DNA of 64,000 bases from Azolla caroliniana (lineage: Eukaryota; Plantae; Polypodiophyta), in contig JBHGNT010000006.1 in assembly GCA_043228905.1 (NCBI GenBank), positions 18,228,001-18,292,000 of the forward strand, written 5' to 3'. The position numbers were made by a program, and so were the translations under genes. Of this stretch, positions 52,491 through 63,900 are shown in pieces. The notes below the pieces were generated by a model. The model was given only the letters and a program-made list of their open reading frames with translations, searched no databases and had not been told where the DNA came from. Numbering within the stretch: position 1 is the first letter of the stretch; every line of letters starts with the position of its first letter.

Positions 52491-53727
52491 ACCCCAAGCA
52501 CTTGTACATGCAAGAAAGAGTAGTCCTTTTACAGGGGATTTTGTTGGCATAAAAGGCCGACTCCTTCCAAATTGTAACCGTTCGAGTGTGAACTCTTTAA
52601 TAAGTTAGGGCTTAGTATATAAGCGAATACCTAACATTGTAATGAGTGATGACGAACAGAGTATCGTATCTGAGAAAGAACGAAGTAATAAGAAGCTTTC
52701 CATTAAAGCTCCATCTGCGTAAGTCTTCACGCCTATTCTATTTTCTGTATGTGTTGTTTGCTGTCCAATACCGACTACAGATCCATACACGTTTCCGTAC
52801 ATAGCACTCGTACCCAACATTGTGTAGAAAATGCCATGGAGACCCCGAATATGCCATCTAGAAATGCAATAAAATCTGTCAGTACCATTAGACCAGGAAT
52901 CGTGTCTGACAAACACCACAAATAAACTAAGAAAGTAGGGTATGTACAATAGGCAAGAAAAACGTAGTTGAAAACATAGTTGAGCTTCAATGGTAGACTC
53001 AATTTATTTTCTCCAAAACTCCGTCTCTCTCGTTACAATGTCTTAGTTGGGTTTATCTTGTAAAGCCCTAACTAGGTAACGTTGTCGTGACGATTTTCGG
53101 CTACGGTGTGAAACCGAGTGAGATGAATAAACCAAGGATGTGCACATACACTTAGCAAATAAGCCTCCTAAGGCCTAGTGGCACTTGAGTTCATATAGAG
53201 GGGTGCAAGCAAGGTTTGAACCTTGCACCTCTAAGATACAAGACAATTGCCTTACCACTAGGACAACTATCATATAGTGTAAATTTTATGTATTTCCTTT
53301 TCATATACAAATTATAGACGAAACAACCATAGAAAACCATGTGCACAAAACCATGGTTTTAAACCCATGGTTTGTGCATGACATAAGCAAAACCGTGTGC
53401 ACAAAACCATGGTTTTAGCCCATAGTTTTGTGCATGTCACGAGCATGGAAAGACCTATAAAAGCCTCTAGTTGGGCTTGTGTAAGGGGGGGCTCAATATG
53501 TGATATCACCAACACCATTATCATCAATATAATTATATTTGTCTTTATCTTCTTCTTATTTTTCTACTTCTCAAGTGTACAATCTTTCTTCTTCTCAAGT
53601 AAACCAATTTCATCTAATCTTACATTGATCGTCATCTCTTCGACAATTCCGCGAACATCCTCCCCAGTCCAAGACCCCGGTGGTCGCTCGAGTAGCACAC
53701 GCACGCGCGAATCTTCGCGACATTATT

Positions 53728-53745
53728 TGGTGAACCCGACGTGAA
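53728..53745 (+). other. Primer-binding site complementary to cytosolic tRNA-Trp
   Basis: TGGTGAACCCGACGTGAA, the reverse complement of the plant tRNA-Trp(CCA) 3' end ...TTCACGTCGGGTTCACCA as I recall it; 5 nt after the LTR. Confidence 0.88.
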
Positions 53746-53766
53746 GAGCAGCAGGGGAGGACGAAG

Positions 53767-55863
53767 ATGGATGTCGAATATCTCATGGAGGCAATGTCAA
53801 AAAGGATGATGGAGTTTCTGATAGAAGGGAAAAGAAGAAATGAAGCCCAACAAGCCGTCGACAAGGTAGTCGAACGAATGAGCTATTTCAACGGTGCCGA
53901 AGTCCAAAGTTTCCTAAAAGTCTACAATGCGGAGATGGATTCAAGAGGTGTGGACAAAGCTATGAGGCTAGAGTACTTTTGTCGGGTGTTGTCTCAACCG
54001 ATCTTCAAAGATGTAAAAGAGCTTCTAGAAGCTCATGATTCGTGGGCGACTTTCGAGAAGGCTCTATTGGAGGAATATGACTATGAGAGACTAAAGGGAC
54101 AAGATCGACGCAACTTCGACCAATGGGTGGCATCAGCGAAGACCCACCAAGGCGCAACACAAGCATTCGTAGACTTCGAGCATCATTTTTCTCAATTGTC
54201 GGAGCGGGAACAAAGATTGGTGGGGGTCGATAAGGTCCTTATGTTCGTGAAGTCAATCGATCGAATGGAAAGGATGGCGATCGGCCTCAAACTCGAAGAA
54301 GATGATGGTGCAAATGGACTCATCGAGGATTGGAGCAAAGTGGAAAGTGTATGCCGACTACACGATAAGGGGCAAGCGAGAATATCGATGACAACAAGAC
54401 GGCCCATGAGGGACGATCGAAGAGGGACGAGATGCAACAACGCACCACCAACAAAAGAAATGAAGCTTAGAAGGGAGACAAAACCGAGGCGAATGGTGAT
54501 CGAGGAAGAAGAGACCTCCCAACAAATGTGGGTTAATGAAGTGGCCGATACAAAGGCTCTAGTTCGGTATGACGGTACCGAGAGAGAAGGTGTGAAACAA
54601 GTCACCTTCTTGTCTTACAAAGAAACGACGGCGAAGGAGGAGGCCGATGACTCGAGGACGGCGAACGCCACTTCGAGGGAGGATAAATGTTTCGGAACAC
54701 GCATTGTGTATGAAACATCGGGTGATGACGGCGCAAGCATGAGAAAAGCTTGCATGATCGAGGGAGAAAAAGTGTTTGAGTCTGAAGAGATTGAGGAGGT
54801 AGCCATGACAAACGACATCGAGTCGGAGGTGGCTATGGACGAGTCGACAACGGATAGCCATGTCAAGACTTTCTTCACGCTTGTTCCAGAGACTTCGGCG
54901 GTTGCGCCCATGTGCCAACGTGAGACCGGAGAGACGGAAGGTGGTGACGGGAAGACGAAGGCCCAACACAAGGAGGAAGAAGATCGAGGAAGAAAGGATA
55001 TCCCCACACCTATTCTAGAGACTTCGGCGGTTGTGCATGTGCGCCAACGTGAGACCGGAGAGACAGAATGTGTGGACAAAAAAGAGGACGACCGGAAGGG
55101 CGATGAAGAAGACAAGGTAAATGTAAATGAACGAAGGGATTCCTTCACACTGGTTCCGGAGACTTCGGCAGTCGAGACCGTGTGTCGACATAAGACCGAA
55201 GATAAAGGAGGTGGCGAAGAGGAGACAATATGGCTCGAGGCGAGCATACACGGAGGGAAGGATATGGCCGACGTGGAGGCCAAGGATGAAGCTGCGGTTG
55301 AGTTCGATGGAGAGGTTGCATGCGGGAAGGAAGGAAGAGTCGAGAACCGGTTGAACCGGAAGACGATCCGGCCGGGATTCCGACCCGAACGAAGGAAGAT
55401 CCACATGGGAGCCGATCGACCGGGGCCGACCCGGCCGAAACCTGATTCGGCGAAAATCGATCGGACGATTCCGATCCAAAAGGAGGCCGACCCAGCCAGA
55501 ATCAATCGGTCGAGCCCGACTCGGGGAAATGTGAATGCAGACGAAGGCCAACCAAGCCAAGAAGCGATCGGTGGAGACCGATCCGGACAAGGGCAAACCC
55601 GGCCTAATCGGAGATCGACACGAACGATCTACAATACCCAGTTGAAGATGGTGAGCGTGAGGAGTGGCCAGGAGTCCAATCGAAGGACACGCGCGGTGGA
55701 CGAAGGAAGAGCGGTCGTATCGACGACATCGTTCGGTAGATCTACTACAACCGATCGGGGAAGAAGGTGTGAGCGCCGGATATGGTGGATCGGGTGGCTA
55801 CGGTGGTTCGGTTGGAAAGATTGCGCATACTCGAAGTGGAAGACGAAGTCGACGAGCGTGTAG
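53767..55863 (+). CDS. 698-aa Gag-like protein with a long acidic repeat region and basic C-terminus; no PR/RT/RH/INT motifs
   Basis: Single uninterrupted ORF filling the interior. N-terminal about 200 aa resembles gypsy-type capsid (FNGAEVQSFLKVY...SWATFEKALLEEY). Three ETSAV repeats. Gag call rests on position and resemblance only. Confidence 0.7.
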   Translation: MDVEYLMEAMSKRMMEFLIEGKRRNEAQQAVDKVVERMSYFNGAEVQSFLKVYNAEMDSRGVDKAMRLEYFCRVLSQPIFKDVKELLEAHDSWATFEKALLEEYDYERLKGQDRRNFDQWVASAKTHQGATQAFVDFEHHFSQLSEREQRLVGVDKVLMFVKSIDRMERMAIGLKLEEDDGANGLIEDWSKVESVCRLHDKGQARISMTTRRPMRDDRRGTRCNNAPPTKEMKLRRETKPRRMVIEEEETSQQMWVNEVADTKALVRYDGTEREGVKQVTFLSYKETTAKEEADDSRTANATSREDKCFGTRIVYETSGDDGASMRKACMIEGEKVFESEEIEEVAMTNDIESEVAMDESTTDSHVKTFFTLVPETSAVAPMCQRETGETEGGDGKTKAQHKEEEDRGRKDIPTPILETSAVVHVRQRETGETECVDKKEDDRKGDEEDKVNVNERRDSFTLVPETSAVETVCRHKTEDKGGGEEETIWLEASIHGGKDMADVEAKDEAAVEFDGEVACGKEGRVENRLNRKTIRPGFRPERRKIHMGADRPGPTRPKPDSAKIDRTIPIQKEADPARINRSSPTRGNVNADEGQPSQEAIGGDRSGQGQTRPNRRSTRTIYNTQLKMVSVRSGQESNRRTRAVDEGRAVVSTTSFGRSTTTDRGRRCERRIWWIGWLRWFGWKDCAYSKWKTKSTSV

Positions 55864-57100
55864 AGGAACTCGGTTGATCACCGTTGCCAAAGATCTCACC
55901 TCTTCACCTTTCTCGGCACATACCGGAGGATGTGCGGGTTTGGTGGGGGTGGATGTCGTGACGATTTTCGGCTACGGTGTGAAACCGAGTGAGATGAATA
56001 AACCAAGGATGTGCACATACACTTAGCAAATAAGCCTCCTAAGGCCTAGTGGCACTTGAGTTCATATAGAGGGGTGCAAGCAAGGTTTGAACCTTGCACC
56101 TCTAAGATACAAGACAATTGCCTTACCACTAGGACAACTATCATATAGTGTAAATTTTATGTATTTCCTTTTCATATACAAATTATAGACGAAACAACCA
56201 TAGAAAACCATGTGCACAAAACCATGGTTTTAAACCCATGGTTTGTGCATGACATAAGCAAAACCGTGTGCACAAAACCATGGTTTTAGCCCATAGTTTT
56301 GTGCATGTCACGAGCATGGAAAGACCTATAAAAGCCTCTAGTTGGGCTTGTGTAAGGGGGGGCTCAATATGTGATATCACCAACACCATTATCATCAATA
56401 TAATTATATTTGTCTTTATCTTCTTCTTATTTTTCTACTTCTCAAGTGTACAATCTTTCTTCTTCTCAAGTAAACCAATTTCATCTAATCTTACATTGAT
56501 CGTCATCTCTTCGACAATTCCGCGAACATCCTCCCCAGTCCAAGACCCCGGTGGTCGCTCGAGTAGCACACGCACGCGCGAATCTTCGCGACAACGTATT
56601 CACACTAAGGATACAAATTGGGTGGGTTTGGCCTTTTATGCCAACAAACGCCCCCGTAAAAGGACTACTCTACATGGATATACAATATGTTGGGGTTATT
56701 GCTGAGAGACAAGCTTAACTTAAAGCTGGACCAATTGAAGAAGGCGATAGCCAGATCAGCTAGGAAGATCGGTTGAAGAAGCCGAAAGCCAGATTGGCTA
56801 GAAGTTGTAAGGGCTGACATGCCGAAAGGCCATAGAGTCTTTAGGACCTAGTCTTCTTAGCATAGTCCTTGGCATATCTTAGGATAGTCAGATGCCGGGG
56901 CTCATGAATGAGCATTTTAGTACTGTGTCTGTACTATTTGTATGTATGGTGCTCTGTGTGCACATTGTATATGTTGACTTCTTTTTTAATGTAGTACTCT
57001 CAATTATTTTGTGTATGCTCTCTCCCTCTCATTCCTCCATCTCTGTGGTAATATAATTTTCTGTGATACTATGTTGAGCTTTAACATCTATTTCTTTAAA

Positions 57101-57313
57101 TAGTATCAGAGCCTGAGGGTTAGAAGAGTCCTCTGCATCCAACAAAGCTTCTAACACTGACCAAGAAAACGCCTTCCAAATAGAAGAAGACAGGAACATG
57201 GAAAGAGGAATGGGTCGTGCTCTTCGGACAAAGAAGTTGGACAGAAACGACTACGCATCTTGGGAATACAAGATACACAAGTACCAGCTTGGGCATGATT
57301 ATTGGTGTTACAT
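57101..57313 (+). mobile_element. Start of a copia element (mutated Met PBS and gag N-terminus), interrupted
   Basis: TAGTATCAGAGC at 57101; 57198 onward reads MERGMGRALRTKKLDRNDYASWEYKI...YWCY. Confidence 0.6.
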
Positions 57314-59861
57314 TGTAAAAGATAATGTGCGGAATCTAAGACAAACCGACTAGTCCGGATAACACTAGAACACAGAACAGAGGTTCAAAGGAAAGCTTGA
57401 ATACACGGGAGAGACACACACAGAGCAGAACAGTAAAGTCAATTCAAAATAATTACACTCTGTGTATACAAATATCCTACAAAACACTTTTTATACAAGT
57501 CCTTAAAAGCACTAACAAAAGTACTGACATGTACTGCAATGCTCATACGAGTGACTGATACTAACTCCAAGGAATATGCCTACGCACTAGGCTCGAACCG
57601 TAGGCTCCAACGCCCTACTGGTTCTCACTATTGCGGAGTACGATCTGTGACGCTTCTTTCTGATATGGATCCCACCGTATCATCAACAACAATCCGCTTG
57701 GATTCGGGTGGAGAGAACTACCAGGATGCCGATTCATCGAAAACGACATCTCGGCTAATTCAGAATGCTTTCGATCAGGGGTTATAACACTTATAACCCT
57801 TTTGTTCATCCGAGTAACCAATGATCTTCTCAGCTTTTGCATCTAACTTCCTCCATTTTTCCTTCGGTAGATGCACATAAGGAAATGCTACCAAACACCC
57901 GAAGGTGTGCCAAATTTGGCTTCCACTCGAAATACAGTTCGTGTGGCGACACCTTTGTCCCTAAGGCAGATATCCAATTTTGGATGTAGACGGTTGTCCG
58001 AATTGCTTCGGCTCAATGAAATTTGGGCATGCTTTTCTCCTCAAGCATCGCCCTTGCCGCTTCTACCAACGTCCTATTCCAACATTCGGCCACACCGTTC
58101 TACTCCAACGTGTATCTGTAGGAGAGCTCCTGGTGAATTCCCTTTGTCTGTAGATAAGTCGTGAATTGGTTGGAAAAGTATTCTTTTCCCCAATCCAATC
58201 TCACACAATTGATCTTTCTTTTGGTCTAGCGTTCAACATGATTCTTTAGGTTCCGGAAGCATGTGAAGACTTCACTGTACTTCTTGATCAAATAGATCCA
58301 AGTGCGTCAACTGAAATTGTTGATGAAGGAGACGAAATACCGACTCTCGCCGATACTCACATTTTGTGCTGGTTCCCACATATCCGAATGGATGAGATCA
58401 AGCCGAATCCAGCTCCAATTCTTCTCATTGGGGAAGGGAAGCGTATGTTGTTTCCCAAGCTGGCAAGCTTCACAAATTTGGCCTTTCCAGCCATTGAACT
58501 TCGGCAATCCAGAAACAACATGTTCGGATTGCATATCTTGAAGATTCCGGAAATAGATGTGGCTGACCCGCTTATGCCATAAGTCGATGTCCGACTTGAC
58601 CTTCTACCCTTTCACGAACATAGCGGTGCCAACATCATTCGTCGTGAGGATAAACATCCTCCCGCCACAACACCCTTGTGCGATGACTTTGCCTTATTCT
58701 TCGATGAAGCATCCGAGATGTGTGAACCAGACCTCCATCCCTTGGTTGACAATCTATCCAACTGACACCAAATTCTTCGTGATTGTCGGGATGTGGAGGA
58801 CGTTCATCAGATTTCCCTTTTGCTCGACATGGTTGAGGGGGATATCACCGATGTGCTCGATAGTATGCGGGGTGTCATTTCCGGTTTCGACCACCCCTAG
58901 TTGTTCCGGTTTTTCTAGATAAGAAAGTCACTCTATGTGGCTTGTCATATGGTATGATGCTCTGGAATCAACGTACCATACCTTGTTCGGTTTTGATATG
59001 TTTTTCTTTATCGAGTTAGGCTTGTGTTTCATCACAAAGGCTGGGCCCGATCCATTTCCGGAACCGGATCCTTCTACTTCTTCCGTGTAGTGCGAGCTTT
59101 GTCAGCTTCTTCGTTTGGCATTGTTGGATCTAGACTTGTTTGAATCAGCGCGCTTTTCCAACACTCGCTCTCTTGGTGGCCCTTCCGGCCACAGTACCAA
59201 CATTCCGTTGTGGTCTTCTCTTGCCAGTTTCCGGTACCGCTATGACTCCCCCTGGTTTTGGAGGATTTGGAACTGTTGTTAGAACCATGTTGGTGCCTTC
59301 GGTTTGGTTCTTGTTGGCTGATCCGCCGCCACGACCACGGGGCTGATCCTCCTCTGTGTACAACATCTTGTTGTTGGTATCTATGCTTGTTGACACACCT
59401 GCGTCGTTCTCCTCTATTAGGAGCATCGATTGTAAGTCGAAAAATGAGGGCGTATTCTCCCTTGTAAAAACCACTGTCTGGAATGCTACGAAGTTCGACG
59501 TCAGGCCCTCGAGACAGACCTGCATCATCTCATCTTCCTCGATGGTCACGTTGATAGAGGCAAGTGAATCACAGATGTCTTTGATCCGGGCCGTGTAGTC
59601 AGCTACCGACATGTCCTTCTATCGGACATTGCTCAATTCCTATTGGAGTTGTAACTTACGGGCCGTGGTGCTTGTGGCAAAGAACTTTTTCAGGTTTCCC
59701 CAAGCTTCGTTTGGCGTCTTGGCGTCCCGGATATGGTAGTACATTACCCTTCTTGTCGCTTGTTCCCAAGCCGGGAAGTCCCTCTGTGCCGCATCCGCTG
59801 TCATATCATTAGTTCTGTCAACATAACTCCAGTAACCGTGTTCGAGCAGGTACTGGTGCAC
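57314..59861 (-). mobile_element. Degenerate Ty1/copia (copia D): gag, PR, INT, then an LTR-like end; RT and RNase H absent
   Basis: HQYLLEHGYWSYV and MSVADYTARIK (gag); WYVDSRASYHM (protease); ICEACQLGKQ...LIHSDMW (integrase); SRDVVFDE near 57740; LTR-like segment about 57314-57570. Confidence 0.8.
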
Positions 59862-60229
59862 CTTTTTTTTTTCCTTGAAAGATTTTCTTCAATAGTATTA
59901 AAACATCGAGAAAGTACAAGGGAAAGTTATGTGCCCCTAGGTTTACAACATAATGTATGTACACCTAAACTTGTACATACAAAAATAGCTTATATAGGGT
60001 TGTTGAGCCTTAAACGATACATTAACATGTTGGTTTTATATCAAGAAAAGGTCCATGGAAGATGATAATTCCATTGAGGTCTTTGGTTTTTCATTACAAA
60101 GAGAGGCACCTTCCTCCATAAGTGAAGAAGCTTCATCCTTCTTTTATGAATATTTTCTGGAGAACCAGCCATGTTATGATTGTTGGGATTTTCGGTCCCT
60201 CCGGATGGGATGTCCGGAGATGAATGACG

Positions 60230-60412
60230 GCAAGCCCGGTTGCGGTTACGGAACCGGAGGATGAAGAGTACCCGGCATGAAGCCGGATGAAGAGTACCCG
60301 GCTACGGAGTCGGATGATGTAGACCCCGGCTACGGAGCCGGATGATGAAGACCCCGGCTACGGAGCCGGATGATGAAGACCCGGCTACGGAGCCGGATGA
60401 TGAATGTACCCG
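60230..60412. repeat. Tandem array of about 20-27-bp units (CCCGGCTACGGAGCCGGATGATGAAGA) in the U3 of copia B
   Basis: About six degenerate copies read directly; absent from copia A LTRs. Confidence 0.9.
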
Positions 60413-60909
60413 GAGAGAGATCCGGATGCGGGGACATATTTGTGAATATGTTTTGCCAAGGGCCCTGGAGGCTATATTTGTAAATAGCCCTAAAGTCATG
60501 TGTGTATAAATATGACTTAGGGCAAACAGTTTTATGTTGCTACTCATTTTTCTGTTTTTCCACTCAAGAGGAGTGAAGAGAGAGTAGCCGAGAGAGAGTG
60601 AGAGAGAGAGAGACGAAGAGGTCGTTGCCTCTGTGTATTACCGCCGCCTGTGGCGAAGACAGTGAGCTCAAGGTTGTTGCCTTGTAGCTTCACCATTGTA
60701 CATCTCTGTTTATAGTGACAGTTGGAGTTTGAGGACTCCCGTGGTTTTTCCCATTTAGGGTTTTCCACGTAAAACATCCTGTGTACCTTTCTCTCTATTG
60801 TCTTCGTGCATTTTGTATTTCCCGTTTTCTGAGAGTTGATCCTTTTCTTCGGTTGTGGCCGAGCGCGTTTTTTAAACAAAGTGGTATCAGAGCGACGACA
60901 GTGCAGAAA

Positions 60910-63900
60910 ATGGAAGGCGGCAGCAGCGGGCAGCCGGGGATGATGGTGCTGAATGCGGAGAACTACGCCGACTGGAAGATCAAGATGGAGGATCTTCTGA
61001 TTGTTCGGGACCTGTACGAACCGATTGACAGGTCGGAAATACCGAAGGGGGTACTTGAGACGGAATGGAGGCTTCTGAACCGGAAAGCCGTTGCAACCAT
61101 TCGGCAATACGTCGACGTGAGCGTTCTACAACATGTGGCGAACGACACCAACGCATACGAGATGTGGCGGAAGCTGTCGGGCCTCTACGAGAGGAAGAAT
61201 GCGTTGAACCGGACCTCCCTGATGAGGAAGATAGTGAACCTCAAGTACCGCGACGGCGAGAGTATGGTGGAACACGTAAGCACGTTCATGGGATTCGTGA
61301 ACCAGCTTGCGGCGATCAAGTTCCCGTTGGAGGATGCAATGCAAGCTATCATCCTGATGTGTACATTGCCGGAAAGCTGGGAGAACTTGGTGGTGACTCT
61401 CAGCACCTCCTGCACCGAAGATAACTTGTCCCTACAAACGGTAAAGACAAGTATTTTGAATGAAGAAGCGCGTCGGAGAGATAAAGAACCGGCCTCCGAC
61501 TCGAAGGCGCTGCTTACCGAATCGGATCGGGGAAGACAATGGAACCGGAGTCCGCAAAGACGGGAGAAGTCGGGGACCCGGTCGCAGTCAAGAGGAAGGC
61601 CCACATGCTTCCACTGTGGGAAGCCGGGGCACTTCCGGAAGAATTGTCGGCATTACCGAAAAGACAACGGAGCCGACGACATCGATACGAAGAAGTCACC
61701 GGAGCGAAACGGTGCATACCGGGGAGCCACGGACCGGAGAGGTCCGGATCGGCGAGGGCAGGACCGGAAAGGAACGACGGCACTCGCGGCAAGTGAAGAA
61801 GAGATAATGCTTATTACCGAAGAGAGGGAGCTGAACCTTGCCGGTGAAGAGATGACCTGGGTGGTCGATTCCGGAGCGTCGTTCCACCTGACCCCGGAGA
61901 AGAAATACTTCTCATCCTACACAGCCGGTGAGCACGGCTGTGTCCAGATGGGAAATGAAGGAACATGCCGGATTGCCGGCATAGGAGACGTGTGGCTGAT
62001 GACATCAACCGGATGCAAGATGCTGCTGAAGGATGTCCGACACGTTCCGGAGGTTCGATTGAACCTGATTTCGGCCGGGAGGCTAGACGATGAAGGCTAC
62101 ACGGGTAGCATCCGGAACGGTGTCATGAAGTTCAGCAAAGGGAGCCTGATAGTGGCTCGGGCCCGGAAGGTCAACACACTGTACCTGATGAATGCCCGGT
62201 TATGTCCGGAAGAGCTGAATGTGGCAGCCGACACTGCCGGTGAGCTGTGGCACAAGAGACTGTGCCACATGAGCGAGAAGGGGATGAAGAGGCTTGCAGA
62301 AGACAACCTTATTCCAGTGAAGCATGTGCATCTGGAGAAGTGCACCGATTGCCTGGCCGGTAAGCAGAACCGAGCCTCCTTCCACTCAAGGCCACCGACG
62401 AGACGTAGTGCACCATTGGAGTTGGTGCACACTGATGTGTGTCAGGTAGAAACGAAGTCACATGGCGGAGCCCAGTACTTCGTAACATTCATTGATGATC
62501 ACAGCCGGAAGCTGTGGACGGCACCGTTGAAGACAAAGGACCAAGTATTGTCCGTCTTCAAAGAACTCCACGCGAGAGTGGAAAGGGAATCCGGCAAGAA
62601 GCTGAAAGCGATACGAGCGGATAACAGAGGGGAATACCGGGGGCAGTTCGCGGAGTACTGTTGCTCGAAGGGAATCCGGCTCGAGTTTACTGTGCCGAAG
62701 ACGCCGGAACTGAACGGGCTGGCCGAGAGGATGAACCGGACCATAATGGAGAGGGTCCGGAGTATGCTGGCGCATGCGAAATTACCCAAGGGGTTTTGGG
62801 CTGAGGCAATGTCGACGGCGACATACGTGATAAATAGATCACCCTCAGTACCTTTGGACGGAGACACGCCGCAGAGAGTGTGGACCGGTAAGGAAGTATC
62901 CTACCGGCATCTGAAGGTGTTCGGGTGTCTAGTGTATGTACATGTGGCAAAGGACCGGAGAGGAAAGCTAGATCCAAAGACCCGGCCATGCATATTCCTC
63001 GGTTACGGCAACGACGAGTTCGGCTACCGAGTATGGGACCCGGTCGACAAGAAGATATTCAAGAGTCGAGATATCATCTTCATGGAGGACAAGACATTCG
63101 CCGACTGGGAGTCGGAGAAGAAGATGAAGAGCTCCAAGTCGACCGGTGAGAATCAACTCTACGAGGAGCAGTCCCGACCGGCAAGGGACCGGTTAACACT
63201 CGAAGATCCGGCCGAAGACGGTGAAGAAACAGAACCGGCCGAAGAAGATGAAAATGATACCGGAATCGGCCCCGATCCCGAAATGGATTCGTATGAAGAG
63301 GAAACGGAGGAGCCGGTTACCGAAGCCCCGGAACGGAGATATCCTCTAAGAGAGAGAAGGGCCCCCCGGAGATTTCCGGAACCAGAGCACGTGCTGCTAA
63401 CCGACGAGGGGGAGCCGGAGAATTTTGAAGAAGCAGAGCTTGACACACATAGCCGCAGGTGGTTAAGTGCCATGCAGGAGGAGATGGATTCCCTGCATGA
63501 GAACCACACATATGAACTTGTGGAGTTGCCGAAAGGAAAGCGGGCACTTCGAAACAAGTGGGTGTTCAAGCTGAAACCGGGAGATGCCGGAAACCCCCCG
63601 AGATACAAAGCCAGGATCGTGGTGAAGGGGTTCCAGCAGAAGAAGGGCGTCGACTTCGACGAGATATTTGCCCCGGTAGTGAAGATGACCTCCATCCGGA
63701 CGGTGCTGAGCATAGCGGCAAGCATGGACCTCGAGGTAGAACAGATGGACGTGAAGACGGCATTCCTTCACGGTGACCTCGAAGAAGAGATCTACATGCA
63801 GCAACCGGAAGGATTCGAGAAGAAAGGAAAGGAGCACCTGGTATGCCGGTTGAAGAAGAGCCTCTACGGTCTGAAGCAGGCTCCCCGGCAATGGTACCGG

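Larger units (their letters stand above)
53083..56593 (+). mobile_element. Young non-autonomous gag-only LTR retrotransposon (TR-GAG-like organisation)
   Basis: LTRs 53083-53722 and 55954-56593 (640 bp each, TGTCG...CGACA, no differences seen); 4-bp TSD ACGT; PBS 53728-53745; PPT GGTGGGGGTGGA 55942-55953. Confidence 0.95.

Noticed and set aside
54615-55596. Long antisense ORFs (296 and 193 aa) opposite the Gag-like ORF
   Set aside because: Expected shadow ORFs of a purine-rich, GC-rich sense frame; no independent evidence
57198-59861. Idea that the + gag start and the - copia body are one element broken by an inversion
   Set aside because: The overlapping gag segments are only about 70% alike by eye, so they are different copies
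60230-60412. CRISPR-like appearance of the short repeat array
   Set aside because: Units are contiguous with no unique spacers, lie inside a eukaryotic LTR, and there are no cas genes
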